Virus record (IMG/VR): IMGVR_UViG_3300046718_000378
Coordinates: 1 to 60,122 of that record
From: a virus
Lineage: Duplodnaviria; Caudoviricetes
DNA length: 60,122 nt
Reading direction: 5' to 3' (one strand)
A program made the translations under genes and the position numbers. Position 1 is the stretch's first letter, and each line of letters opens with the position of its first letter. A model generated the notes under the pieces. The model was not told where the DNA came from. It saw only the letters and a program-made list of their open reading frames with translations, and did no database searches. Shown in pieces: positions 1 through 9,096 of this stretch.

Positions 1-127
1 GCGCCCAGAACTGTAGGGGCATGCCACGGCCGCCTGGCGGGTTCAGGAAGACCGAGAACGGCCCGCCGCCGTACGGCTCCCACGAGCACACCAGCCCGTT
101 CTCTGACGCCGTCAGGAAGCGCCTGGC
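1..127. repeat. Terminal direct repeat (assembly overlap of circular contig), copy 1
   Basis: 1-127 identical to 59996-60122; 127 is a common assembler k-mer; a gene reads through the junction. Confidence 0.95.
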
Positions 128-262
128 GCCCACGGCGGCGTTGGCCTCGGCATCGGACGCGGGGTCAAGGTCGATGCCGCCCAGCACGCGGCGGGCGCGG
201 TCTATGATGTCGGACGGGGTGTACCAGAGGTGGCTGGCGGCGGAGTGTTGCGCGTTGGGCAT
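1..262 (-). CDS. Phage DNA N6-adenine methyltransferase (Dam-like), 5' part; continues at 59721-59995
   Basis: ATG at 262 gives MPNAQHSAASHLWYTPSDIIDRARRVLGGIDLDPASDAEANAAV..., joining in frame to ...VFLNPPGG...; WYTP, DLDPAS and NPP motifs of phage Dam. Confidence 0.85.
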   Translation of the reverse strand, partial: MPNAQHSAASHLWYTPSDIIDRARRVLGGIDLDPASDAEANAAVGARRFLTASENGLVCSWEPYGGGPFSVFLNPPGGRGMPLQFWA

Positions 263-281
263 GCCCTAGCGTGGCAGACGT

Positions 282-318
282 AAGAACGCCCCGGCAACTG
301 TTTCCAGCGGCCAGGGCG
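282..318 (-). terminator. Intrinsic terminator after major capsid gene
   Basis: Minus strand CGCCCTGGCCGCTG-GAAA-CAGTTGCCGGGGCG followed by TTCTTA. Confidence 0.65.
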
Positions 319-347
319 GCTAAGCTACCAGTTCAGTTAGCTAGTCT

Positions 348-1343
348 TCAAACGAGCTGGTTATCGCTATACTCGACGGCGAGCGGGTAGTAGATATTGA
401 CGCCAGCGTAGCGCGCCTGGCAAACGTGCGTGAACACACCCTTCGCGTACTCGACCGGGAGAATCTCGAACTCGATGCCCGTCTCGAACTCGAGGACTTC
501 AGGCGACTTGTGGTAGCAGATGACTCGGCCGGCCGTGCCGTCTGCGCTCGCCGTGGACAGCTTGGTCCACGAGTCGATGCTGATGCCGGGGTTCTGCATC
601 TGGAAGCTCGAAAGCACCGTGGCGTTCGACGCGTTGTCGACGCTGAGGAGCTTCGTGGCCAGGATGCGCCACGCTGCCGTCGACACCAAGATGGCGTTCG
701 GCGAGAAGATTTCCTTCGTGTCCACGAGCATCGAGGTCACGAGGTAGTTGAGGTCTTCGAGGATTTCCTCGCCCGAAGCCGTTGCCCACGCGCCGTTCGG
801 CAGCGTCTTCAACGTTGCGTTCGGGTGGTTGGCAAGGCCGTAGGTGCCGATGTCCGGGACGCCGAAGGCCGTGATGCCGTCGCGTGCCAGCTCGATGCCG
901 CGGCGCGCTGCGTCGCCAAGGCGCGTGGTGAGCGCTACGCCCGCCGCCGAAGCCTTACGAAGGTCTTCGATGGAGTAGTAGTAGCCGTCCTTGACGTTGA
1001 AGTAGCGGACGATCTTCTCGACCGCGCTCGCCGACACCATGGGGATGTCGGTTGCGTAGTTGTGCATCACCTTGGCGACCACGAACGCGTCCCAGATGCG
1101 GACGACAAGCGTCTCACTGGTCGCGCCGCCTTCGTTCGACTCGGGAACGAAGCTGCGCGCCTTGAGCGCCTCGTACTTCTTTTCATAGATGCGTGACTTC
1201 ACAGTCTCGAGCTGGCGCGCGAAGATCATCGTCTCGGCAGCATCGTTCGATGCCGCACGGATTTCAGGCTCCACTGCGTCGAGGTTGGGAATGGTCTCGA
1301 GAACGTGCGCGTCAAACTCAAGCACTGCAGGGCGGTTCTTCAT
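348..1343 (-). CDS. Major capsid protein (DUF2184-like, HK97 fold)
   Basis: About 330 aa; FARQLE, YSIEDLRKA, YGLANHPN, GVNIYYPLA motifs; after protease and decoration genes; SD AAGGTGAT before ATG 1343. Confidence 0.9.
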   Translation of the reverse strand: MKNRPAVLEFDAHVLETIPNLDAVEPEIRAASNDAAETMIFARQLETVKSRIYEKKYEALKARSFVPESNEGGATSETLVVRIWDAFVVAKVMHNYATDIPMVSASAVEKIVRYFNVKDGYYYSIEDLRKASAAGVALTTRLGDAARRGIELARDGITAFGVPDIGTYGLANHPNATLKTLPNGAWATASGEEILEDLNYLVTSMLVDTKEIFSPNAILVSTAAWRILATKLLSVDNASNATVLSSFQMQNPGISIDSWTKLSTASADGTAGRVICYHKSPEVLEFETGIEFEILPVEYAKGVFTHVCQARYAGVNIYYPLAVEYSDNQLV

Positions 1344-1392
1344 GGCCGGGATCACCTTTTGTTGGCCCGGCGCTGCGACGCGACCGGTTGTA

Positions 1393-1983
1393 CTACAGGT
1401 AGCCTAGCACTTGATTTCCCTTGCGTGCGTTGCAGGGCCGGCAGAGCGGCTGGAGGTTCCAGATGTTCGAGCAACCTCCTCGAGAAACCGGAATAACGTG
1501 GTCCACTTCCAGCGCACCGTCGCATGCGCAGTGGCGGCAGCGGTGTCCGTAACACTCGAGCACGGCGTCCCACTCTGCAGGCGTGAACGAGCCGCCTGCG
1601 CCCGTCATGCGGGTGCGATACCGGAGGAGCGCCGCGCGCCTTGCCGGCCTGTTGCTGCGGTCCCAGCGGCGGTTGCGGGCGTTGTGCCGGGTCCGGTTCC
1701 GCCGCAACCACCGGGACATGTGCTCAGCCTGCCGTTCTGGGTGAGCGGCCACCCACGCCTTCACCCTGGCCTTGGTCTTCGCCAGCGTGTGTTTGTGGGC
1801 GTCGCAGACGCCCGTGGTGCTCGTGGTGTAGACGCTGTTCTGGCAGCCCGCCACAGAGCACGTGGACATCGGCGCCAGCTGCCCTGCATTGCGGGCCTTG
1901 TCGTAGTGCTTGCGGCACCACTGGCGGGAGTACCAGGCCGACTGACAGCCTTCAACGCAACATGCCCTGGCAACTTTCGTCAC
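1393..1983 (-). CDS. HNH homing endonuclease
   Basis: CxxxxC zinc repeats then CRHC...VDHVIPVSRGG..N.WNLQPLCRPCN; GTG start chosen from upstream -10 motif. Confidence 0.85.
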   Translation of the reverse strand: MTKVARACCVEGCQSAWYSRQWCRKHYDKARNAGQLAPMSTCSVAGCQNSVYTTSTTGVCDAHKHTLAKTKARVKAWVAAHPERQAEHMSRWLRRNRTRHNARNRRWDRSNRPARRAALLRYRTRMTGAGGSFTPAEWDAVLECYGHRCRHCACDGALEVDHVIPVSRGGCSNIWNLQPLCRPCNARKGNQVLGYL

Positions 1984-2024
1984 CAGGGCATGTTGGCATC
2001 TCGACGCCCTAGGCGTCAAGGGTC

Positions 2025-2942
2025 TCAACCGAGGAGGTTGATGTACGCGGGGGCAAGGCCCGCCGCCGACTTGCGGGTGAAGCGGCCGGGGACGAGCACG
2101 CACGATGCGGTGTCCGCGTCGTTACGGAACTGGCCGAGGACGCTGCCGCCTGCGCCCGCTGCAACGCGAACGTAGATCGGGTCCTGGTCGTTGACAGCTT
2201 CCTCGGTGATGACCCAGATGCCGCCCTTGGTGATGACGTTGAAGGGCTCGCCGTCAACGTAGTTGCCCTCGGCGCCCGTGGCGGTGAAGCCGGGGTAGCC
2301 GTAGAGGTTCGACGCGAACACGCCGGTCTTGATGGGCTCGCGCACCACGATTCCGAGGAGGTCCGACACGGTGAGCGAGGCGAGGGCCGGCACGCCAACG
2401 GTGAAGCTGCCCGCCACGCCGGCCTGGGCCGACATCACGACGGCCGAAACCGAGCTGAAGTACGTGGTGGTCGTAAGCGTCTGCCCGCCGCCGTCTGCCA
2501 TGGCAAGCGTCTCTGTCGTGGGCTGGTTGGTCAGGGCGTTGATGCCCGTGATTGCCACGGTGCCGACGTCGAAGTCGGCGTGCGTGGAGGTCGTGACGGT
2601 CACGAGGCGGGCAGGCTGCATGGCGCCGGCACCGATGAGGCCGTTCAAGCTCGCGCCTGACAGCGTGAGGATGGACGCGCTGGACGCGTGGGTCGTCACG
2701 ATGGCATCGACGTCCACTGCCGCGACGGGGGTCGGGCTCTGGAACGCTTGGCCGCACGACTCAACGAACGAGCCGCCCGATTGTCCGTGGACGCCGGGGA
2801 CCTTGAAGGTGCCCATGCCGGCGAGCTGCAGGCCGCGCGCGATGCGGGTCGTGATGCGGCGATCGTCATAGGCTTCCGAGAAGGAGCCCGCCGTTGCGAT
2901 GTCGTTCCGGGCCGTAAAAGTTGACTGGATGATGGTAGCCAT
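2025..2942 (-). CDS. Capsid decoration/cement protein
   Basis: Upstream of capsid; C-terminal VITKGGIWV..EEAV..QDPIYVR..GQFR resembles head cement proteins; SD GGAG. Confidence 0.7.
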   Translation of the reverse strand: MATIIQSTFTARNDIATAGSFSEAYDDRRITTRIARGLQLAGMGTFKVPGVHGQSGGSFVESCGQAFQSPTPVAAVDVDAIVTTHASSASILTLSGASLNGLIGAGAMQPARLVTVTTSTHADFDVGTVAITGINALTNQPTTETLAMADGGGQTLTTTTYFSSVSAVVMSAQAGVAGSFTVGVPALASLTVSDLLGIVVREPIKTGVFASNLYGYPGFTATGAEGNYVDGEPFNVITKGGIWVITEEAVNDQDPIYVRVAAGAGGSVLGQFRNDADTASCVLVPGRFTRKSAAGLAPAYINLLG

Positions 2943-3014
2943 TGTGGTCTCTTCTCCGGCGCCGTGCGCCGCTAGGGTGTCCGCTTCGCGCACCTGCCGC
3001 GCTTACAGACAATC

Positions 3015-3566
3015 CTAGCACCGGTTGCACTTGCTGGAGTTACAGGAACCGCACATTGGCAAAAGATTTTCGATTCCGTTGCTGCTTCCGGGCTTGCTGA
3101 GCGGGATTATGTGGTCCAGCGTCCTCTGCTTGCTGGGCAGCGCAAGCAGGTCGGCTGCGCACCTGGTGCACCTCCATCCGTACGCCTCGAACAGCGCAAG
3201 CCGGTCGTGCTTCGTGTGCTTGCCTGGGACGCCGAGCAGTCGCGCCTTGCGCGCTTGGTTTTTGACGGCCTGCTGCTCCGGAGTGAGCACCTGCTTCTTC
3301 CCGCAGCGGGCGTACGACTGTCGGGACAGTTCGCGGCAGCGCTCCAGGTTCTGGAGGCGCCACTCCTGCTGCTTGGCGTACGCCTTGGCCTTGTTGGCTT
3401 CCGCCCACGCCTGGTTGCGTGCTTTGCGCGACGGGTCGCGCTTGTAGCGCTCCGCGTCTTTGGCCCGCGCCTGCGCCCTGCGTGCTGGCGTGGCCTCGTA
3501 GCAGCGCCGACAGAAGCCTTTGCAGGAGTACGGCAGCGTGCAGCCAGAAGTCGAACAGACCTTCAT
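3015..3566 (-). CDS. HNH homing endonuclease
   Basis: CTRC...TLDHIIPLSK.GSSN.IENLLPMCGSCN. Confidence 0.85.
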   Translation of the reverse strand: MKVCSTSGCTLPYSCKGFCRRCYEATPARRAQARAKDAERYKRDPSRKARNQAWAEANKAKAYAKQQEWRLQNLERCRELSRQSYARCGKKQVLTPEQQAVKNQARKARLLGVPGKHTKHDRLALFEAYGWRCTRCAADLLALPSKQRTLDHIIPLSKPGSSNGIENLLPMCGSCNSSKCNRC

Positions 3567-3606
3567 GCCAGCCAGCATCTCACGACACTGGCTGCCGCGT
3601 CAACGT

Positions 3607-4713
3607 TCAGCCTTCGGCGCTGCCGGGGGCGCGGTACGACGCGAGCATCGCCTGGCGACCACGCAAAGCCTTCGGGGCTGACGGCTTGGCGTCGGCTTCC
3701 GGTCCCTTGGTGATGATGGTGGCCGGGCTGAGGCGCTCGGCGCCGTCCTGGTCCGCTGCGTCTTCGGACGCAATGGCCTCGAACAGGGAGTCGATGGACT
3801 CCTGCGACTTGCCGTCCAGCGACAGCTTGGGGTAGCGCGCGGCCACCCTCGCCTTGCGCTCGCCAGCCTTGACGGCGTCTTCGCGCGCCTTGAGCTCCGT
3901 GGCGACCGCTGCGTCCAAGGTCTCCTTGGACTGGGCGACGACAAGGGCAGCCTTAGCAGCGTCGAGCTCGGCCCTGAGCGAGTCGTTCTCTGACAGGACA
4001 GCGTCCACACGAAGCGTCACGGCTTCGAGCTGGACGAGGGTGGAGACCAGCTTCGCATCGAAGGCGGCCTGGGCTTTGTCGGCGGCCACTTCGGCGCCAT
4101 CGATTGTGAACAACATTGGAACTCCGACCTGTGAGGTTTCGTCTACAGATTCTAGCGCATCCAGCGCCAAGCACACCTGGGCGCCAGCGCGACCGGCGCG
4201 CACCACGGCAGCGTGGTTGAACTCGATGGCCGTGCGGATGACGTGGTAGGAGTCGCCCTCCGGCGTCTGCCCGTCCTCGAACCGGAACGTGGACATGTAC
4301 CCGGCAGACACTTCTCGTGCCACGCCGCCGTCGATGACCAGGATCAGGTCGGCGTCCTGTAGCGTGAGCTTGGCCGACAAGTAGGTTCCGTCGAAGGCGA
4401 CCGAGTCAGCCGACACGATGCCCGCCGAATACTTGCGGTAGTTCTTCGGGGTGATGAGCTCGGGCGGGTGTTCGTTGGTCACAGGCGCGTTGCGCAGTGA
4501 ACTGGCGGCAGCCTCAAGCACGGCTGGCGGGTTGTACACGCGCAGCAGGTCTGAGTCCGCGAACTTCGCCGGCACGTCCACGCCCTTGTCGCGCCACGCC
4601 TTGGCCGAGTAGAGCATGGTGCCCGTGCGCGCGATCTTGGCGTCGGCTACGTAGCCGCCTTGCGGCGTGCGCTCAAGTTTGCCCAGCGGGGAGGCGCGGT
4701 CCAGGAATAGCAT
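3607..4713 (-). CDS. Prohead protease/scaffold (DUF2213-like)
   Basis: RTPQG..ARTG, PVTNEHP, REVSAGY, NHAAVV.AGRAG, then coiled-coil scaffold. Confidence 0.88.
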   Translation of the reverse strand: MLFLDRASPLGKLERTPQGGYVADAKIARTGTMLYSAKAWRDKGVDVPAKFADSDLLRVYNPPAVLEAAASSLRNAPVTNEHPPELITPKNYRKYSAGIVSADSVAFDGTYLSAKLTLQDADLILVIDGGVAREVSAGYMSTFRFEDGQTPEGDSYHVIRTAIEFNHAAVVRAGRAGAQVCLALDALESVDETSQVGVPMLFTIDGAEVAADKAQAAFDAKLVSTLVQLEAVTLRVDAVLSENDSLRAELDAAKAALVVAQSKETLDAAVATELKAREDAVKAGERKARVAARYPKLSLDGKSQESIDSLFEAIASEDAADQDGAERLSPATIITKGPEADAKPSAPKALRGRQAMLASYRAPGSAEG

Positions 4714-4732
4714 GCCTCTAGCGTAGCAGGCG

Positions 4733-5497
4733 TCAGACGAGCGACTGCAGGACCAGGGATACGCTCGACGTTACGGACGTGTTGTTCGTCCCCACGACCG
4801 TTGCGCGCAGCTTCATGTCCGAGCCCGCCGTGACCGGGGTCATGAGCCGCGGCTGCAGCGCCACGGTGGGGCAGCCGTCGCCTGTGGTGAGGAAGGCGCG
4901 GGAAAGCCACGCGGATGCCGGCGACGAGCGGATGACCAGGCGGTGCCCACAGTACGCGTTGCCGGCCAGGTTGAGCTGGGTGAACACGCCGTCGATGAGC
5001 CAGGCGACGGTGTTAGCCGGCACCGTGTAGACGCCGGTCTGTCCGCGCCCGAAGTCTGGCGGGATGGAGTGCAGCCCGTTCGCGCCGACAACGGTGCGCA
5101 CCGTCACAGTGCCAACGTTGGTCTCGTAGGACCCCGCCGTAAGCACCTGCGCCAGGTTCACGCGGTAGTACGTGTTGACCAGCGCCACAGGCGTGAGGCC
5201 GTTCAACGTGACGTCTTCGGTAACCACGGCCAGCGCCAGGTTTAGCCCCACGACCCGGATGGTGCGGGCGCCGGTGCCGGCTGCTGCGTCGGCGGCGCTG
5301 TCGGACACCGCCTCAAGCGCCACGGCGGCAGTGGGGAACACGTAGGTGCCGCCAATAGGGCGTAGGTCCTCCGGGACCGAGCCGGTGTCGATGTCGGGGT
5401 TGGTCCCCTGGACCACGAAGGCAGAGTAGCCGGGCAGGGCGCCCATGGAAAGCGCCTGCAACCATTCCCGCGTCGGTTGACTGGAGAGCTCGAACAT
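4733..5497 (-). CDS. Putative virion accessory protein
   Basis: 254 aa beta-rich (T/V/G/A) protein inside head module; GC-biased codons. Confidence 0.6.
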   Translation of the reverse strand: MFELSSQPTREWLQALSMGALPGYSAFVVQGTNPDIDTGSVPEDLRPIGGTYVFPTAAVALEAVSDSAADAAAGTGARTIRVVGLNLALAVVTEDVTLNGLTPVALVNTYYRVNLAQVLTAGSYETNVGTVTVRTVVGANGLHSIPPDFGRGQTGVYTVPANTVAWLIDGVFTQLNLAGNAYCGHRLVIRSSPASAWLSRAFLTTGDGCPTVALQPRLMTPVTAGSDMKLRATVVGTNNTSVTSSVSLVLQSLV

Positions 5498-5500
5498 GGG

Positions 5501-5821
5501 TTACGCCTTCCGAACGGGTTTGATGGTGAGCAAGCTAGCGCCCACGACAGTTCGGGCGACCAGGCGCGACGCCTTGACCTGCACCTGCCGGAAGACCTTG
5601 TACCCGCCTGCGACCGGATCGGCCACCAGGGTGGTGGTGGACGCAGCCGTCGCCGTGACCACGAGCGTGGTGTCCGTGCTCGCGTCGGCGCTGAACGACA
5701 TCAGGAAGTCCGCGGGGCAGCTGATCGCCACGACGTAGCCCTGCAACGCGGACAAATCCAGCCCTACGGCCGTGCTGCTGATGGCGAATATGCCCCCGCC
5801 AGGGAGTCCTTGTACATCCAT
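5501..5821 (-). CDS. Hypothetical, possibly virion protein
   Basis: 106 aa; -10 motif TGCTACCAT 7 nt before ATG. Confidence 0.6.
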   Translation of the reverse strand: MDVQGLPGGGIFAISSTAVGLDLSALQGYVVAISCPADFLMSFSADASTDTTLVVTATAASTTTLVADPVAGGYKVFRQVQVKASRLVARTVVGASLLTIKPVRKA

Positions 5822-5844
5822 TCAGTGCATGGTAGCAGGCCCGG

Positions 5845-6558
5845 CTAGGCTACCTCGAATGCCTCAACTAGGACAGCGCCGCACCGGCACGCTACGGCCT
5901 GTCCAGGGTGGTTGTTTCCTTCACGTCTGCCAGTGTTTGGCGGGCTGGCCCAGGAGAAGATCTTGCCGTCGAGGTGCGCGTGGCCGTCGCGCACGCGGTG
6001 GTCGTGGCGGGTGTGCCAGACGTAGGACCCGCTGCCGGCAGACACCGCCCAGTGTTCGACCACCGCGCCCTGGAGTTTCCAGGATTCGGCCCGCGCTACC
6101 AGCGGAATACGCCACAGCTGGTTGCGCCGCGGATCGGCAACAACATCGGCAACGACCTTGCGGTAGTACGTCATGTTGCGGTCGGTGAACAGCTGGAGCA
6201 GCACGCGCTCCCGTTCGTCCGCTGCCGGCATCTTGACCTGCAGCATGCGGCCGACTTCGCGCTTGCCTTGGGCAGAGATGCGCTTGGCCGCTGCGGCAGC
6301 GTTGCGGGCCAACGGGCGCACGATGTCCAGCAGACCCTGCTCCAGCTCCGCACCGACTACTCCAGTATCCAGTAGCCGGGCCATCCGTTCAGCAGCCTTG
6401 TTCGCCGCACCCTCGTAGGCCGTCACGGCGGCGTCCGCTGGCGTGGGCGCCATCTTGGCCACGGCGGCGCGGTCGGCGCGCTTGGCGGCGGCAGCACGCG
6501 CGGGCGCAACGGCCTTTGTAGAGGCGAACGCCTCGGCGAGGGTGCGGCGTTGGGTCAT
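5845..6558 (-). CDS. Head morphogenesis protein (Mu gpF/SPP1 gp7-like)
   Basis: YVWHT..D.RVR..HAHLDGKIFSW...HPG....CRC. Confidence 0.85.
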   Translation of the reverse strand: MTQRRTLAEAFASTKAVAPARAAAAKRADRAAVAKMAPTPADAAVTAYEGAANKAAERMARLLDTGVVGAELEQGLLDIVRPLARNAAAAAKRISAQGKREVGRMLQVKMPAADERERVLLQLFTDRNMTYYRKVVADVVADPRRNQLWRIPLVARAESWKLQGAVVEHWAVSAGSGSYVWHTRHDHRVRDGHAHLDGKIFSWASPPNTGRREGNNHPGQAVACRCGAVLVEAFEVA

Positions 6559-6875
6559 GCTGACTGCCTACGGCCGCCGTTAGGGCCGCCCGAGCCTGGT
6601 GCCGCGCCGAACACAGACAAGCACGCATACGGCACCTTGATTGGCAGGTTGCCGCGACCCTGGAACCGCAGCGTGGCCGTGAGGTGGTCCTCGGCGAACG
6701 TCACCGGTGCCGGGAACGCCAGCGCGGGGCCGACGTGGAAGCCAATGGTGCGCTGGTCGCGCAGGTGCGCCGGCACCACAACGCCGGGGTCGTTGATGAC
6801 CCCTATGAACGCGTTGCCGGTTTCGCGCAGCTGCTTTTCGAGCCGCGCACGTACGAGGTAGTGAAGTGTTCCCAT
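6555..6875 (-). CDS. SspB-like ClpXP adaptor (stringent starvation protein B fold)
   Basis: PGVVVPAHLRD...TATLRFQG...IKVPYACL follows the SspB core pattern (GV.VP..., TL.F.G, VP..A). Confidence 0.65.
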   Translation of the reverse strand: MGTLHYLVRARLEKQLRETGNAFIGVINDPGVVVPAHLRDQRTIGFHVGPALAFPAPVTFAEDHLTATLRFQGRGNLPIKVPYACLSVFGAAPGSGGPNGGRRQSA

Positions 6876-6890
6876 GCGCCTATGATGGCG

Positions 6891-7013
6891 TCAGGCTTGT
6901 CCCAAAAACAAGGACAATCCGCGGATGAGCGCCGGAAGCTCGCTAACGTGGAGGAAAGCCCAGTTGTAGGCGGTCGGGTTTGGTGCCCAGGTCACGTACG
7001 CGAACTTGGTCAT
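6891..7013 (-). CDS. Small hypothetical protein (40 aa, MTKFAYVTWAPNP...)
   Basis: Fills gap between portal and sspB; -10-like TGGCAAGGT 5 nt before ATG. Confidence 0.5.
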   Translation of the reverse strand: MTKFAYVTWAPNPTAYNWAFLHVSELPALIRGLSLFLGQA

Positions 7014-7033
7014 ACCCTACCTTGCCACGCGGT

Positions 7034-8566
7034 TCAGGTCTGAGCCTTCGCCGACTTGGCCTTGGTCTTGCGGGCGCCGGACTTGGCTGGCGGGTTGGCC
7101 GTGGGCTTCGGGGCGTGTTTCGCCTCCACCTCGGCAGCGGCCTCTACCTGGCCGAGCCCTACTTCGCGGTTCTCCACCTCGGCGAGCCCGTCCTTGAGCG
7201 CCTTGCGCCGGGCGTCCAGGTCCACGCGCAGGCGCAGGCTGGGGGCGATCCGGTTCAGGTTGAGCGCGGCCTCCTCAGGAAGCAACGTCTGGGCGGCCAC
7301 GAGCGCGACCACGCCGTCAATGTTCATTTTTTCGGCCGTGGCAACGTCGAGCGGCTTCGGTCGTGACAGCTCCGGCCAGACGATCTTGAGGTCATCCACG
7401 TCGTCTTCGCCCAGCGTCTGGGCCAGCATCTTCACCAGGCGCAACAGCGGCGGCTGCAGCTCGTCGGCGCGGTACACGTCGATGGTGTTGAAGTAGAGCT
7501 CCATGTCTGAGTCGCCGGTGGCGTCCATGCCCGCTGGCGACATGCCCAGGAGCACGGTGAGCGGCATGCGCGCTGCCGTGGCCAAGCGGACCATGTACGC
7601 CTGCATGACGCCGTCCAGCGTGCCCAGCGTGGACCGCTCCACAACCTCGAAGGACTCCGGCTCACTGCCGTTGGCCTTGTCGCCAGCGTCGAGCATGATC
7701 GCCTTCGCCGACGAGCGGACCATGTCCATAAACGCCAGCCGGGTCTGCACGTCTTCGCGGCCTTCGCCGTCCGACTCCGCGAGCGACTGGATGAGGCCCT
7801 GCATCTTGAACACGGCTTGCGACGCGTCCGCGAACATCGCGTCTGTGGACGCCCACATGGAGTCGAAGGACTTGAGCACGTTGTACACGCGCTGCAGCAC
7901 GGACAGGTCCCAGCCCTGGTTGTACTGCTTGCGGCGGCGGGTAGTGGTCATGCCGCCAAACATCAGCATCCGAGACTCGTGGATGACCGTGGGCTGGATC
8001 GCCGTCACGCCGCCGATGGGCGTGGGCTGCCAGATGTACGTCTGCACCCGACCGTCGCCGTACCAGGTGTAGGCGGTGAGGTCTTGGCGGTCGAACGGTA
8101 TGAGCTCCAGCACCTCGGTAACGTCTTCGTCGCGCAGGGGCATGGCCGGCAGCCCGCCGCCCTTGACGCGCAGGATGACGCCGCCGCCGCCGAACAGCCG
8201 GCCCCACGTGGCGCCTTCCTTCATGAGCTCGCGGGCCTTGAGCCGCTCCAGCTCCAGCTGGATGTCGTGGGCGAGCTCGTCTTCTTCCTCGTCGGTCTCG
8301 GTGCGCTCGACCGTGAACCACGCGCGCAGGGCGTCGTCCACCGGCTTGGCCACGATGGTGTTCGCCAGGTCGTTGTTGGCGAACAGCGCCTCCAGCAGGT
8401 CACACGGCAAGGGCGCGTCGTCACAGTAGAAGAGCGCGCTGTTCTTGTCGCGGCTAGTCCCGATGCCCGTCACGAGGTTCGATATTGCATCGAACATGCC
8501 CGCCATCCGGGACTTTTTCCCCTGGTTCTTGATCGCTGCGACGACTACCGGATCAGAGGAGCTCAT
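7034..8566 (-). CDS. Portal protein (DUF1073-like)
   Basis: NLVTGIGT.RDK, GRLFGGG, IHESR, ARMPLTVLLGMSPAGMDATGDSD; downstream of terL. Confidence 0.9.
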   Translation of the reverse strand: MSSSDPVVVAAIKNQGKKSRMAGMFDAISNLVTGIGTSRDKNSALFYCDDAPLPCDLLEALFANNDLANTIVAKPVDDALRAWFTVERTETDEEEDELAHDIQLELERLKARELMKEGATWGRLFGGGGVILRVKGGGLPAMPLRDEDVTEVLELIPFDRQDLTAYTWYGDGRVQTYIWQPTPIGGVTAIQPTVIHESRMLMFGGMTTTRRRKQYNQGWDLSVLQRVYNVLKSFDSMWASTDAMFADASQAVFKMQGLIQSLAESDGEGREDVQTRLAFMDMVRSSAKAIMLDAGDKANGSEPESFEVVERSTLGTLDGVMQAYMVRLATAARMPLTVLLGMSPAGMDATGDSDMELYFNTIDVYRADELQPPLLRLVKMLAQTLGEDDVDDLKIVWPELSRPKPLDVATAEKMNIDGVVALVAAQTLLPEEAALNLNRIAPSLRLRVDLDARRKALKDGLAEVENREVGLGQVEAAAEVEAKHAPKPTANPPAKSGARKTKAKSAKAQT

Positions 8567-9065
8567 CCTGGATGATATCACCATCCCGCCTGGCGGCGCG
8601 CAGGTAGGCCGCTGCGCCTTCCAGGTGCTCTGGGCTGTCTCCAAAGAAGCCGAGCCCTGAGTTGCAAGTTCGATGCAGCAGCCCTCGGATCTTCCCGGTC
8701 TTGTGGCAGTGGTCTACCACGCCAGAATAGGGAGTCCTGCCCTTTGTTGACAGTATGGCGCCCTTGCAGACAGCGCAGACGCCTCCCTGGCGCGTGAGGA
8801 GCTCTGTCAAGAAGTCCTCGGACGAGATGCCTCTACGCCGCAGGTTGTATCTGCGGTCCAGTACCCCCTTGTCTTGGTTGGCTTTGCGGTAGGCCCTGCG
8901 CTTGGCGAGCCACTCAGGGTCACCCTTGATTTTGGCGAACCACCGCTTCTTTGCCAGCTCCTCCTTTTCCGGGAATCTCTCCCGGTAGTCCTTCTTGTAG
9001 CAGGCGTGGCAGAAGCCACGCCGGCCCTTGTTTTCGGGCTTCTGACACCCTTCACGCTTGCACAT
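8553..9065 (-). CDS. Endonuclease VII-family HNH endonuclease
   Basis: QGGVCAVC...VDHCHKTGKIRGLLHRTCNSGLGFFGDS. Confidence 0.88.
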   Translation of the reverse strand: MCKREGCQKPENKGRRGFCHACYKKDYRERFPEKEELAKKRWFAKIKGDPEWLAKRRAYRKANQDKGVLDRRYNLRRRGISSEDFLTELLTRQGGVCAVCKGAILSTKGRTPYSGVVDHCHKTGKIRGLLHRTCNSGLGFFGDSPEHLEGAAAYLRAARRDGDIIQDELL

Positions 9066-9096
9066 ACCAAATGCTCGCACAGCATCGCTGCACAAG

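Noticed and set aside
1-127. Biological terminal repeat of the virion DNA
   Set aside because: 127 bp equals a usual assembler k-mer and falls mid-gene; best read as circular overlap
348-1343. Encapsulin nanocompartment
   Set aside because: Sits in a full phage head operon with protease, portal and terminase
7034-8566. Anti-CBASS Acb1 (a label often auto-assigned to DUF1073 proteins)
   Set aside because: Size, motifs and position after terL indicate a portal; no HxT phosphoesterase motifs seen
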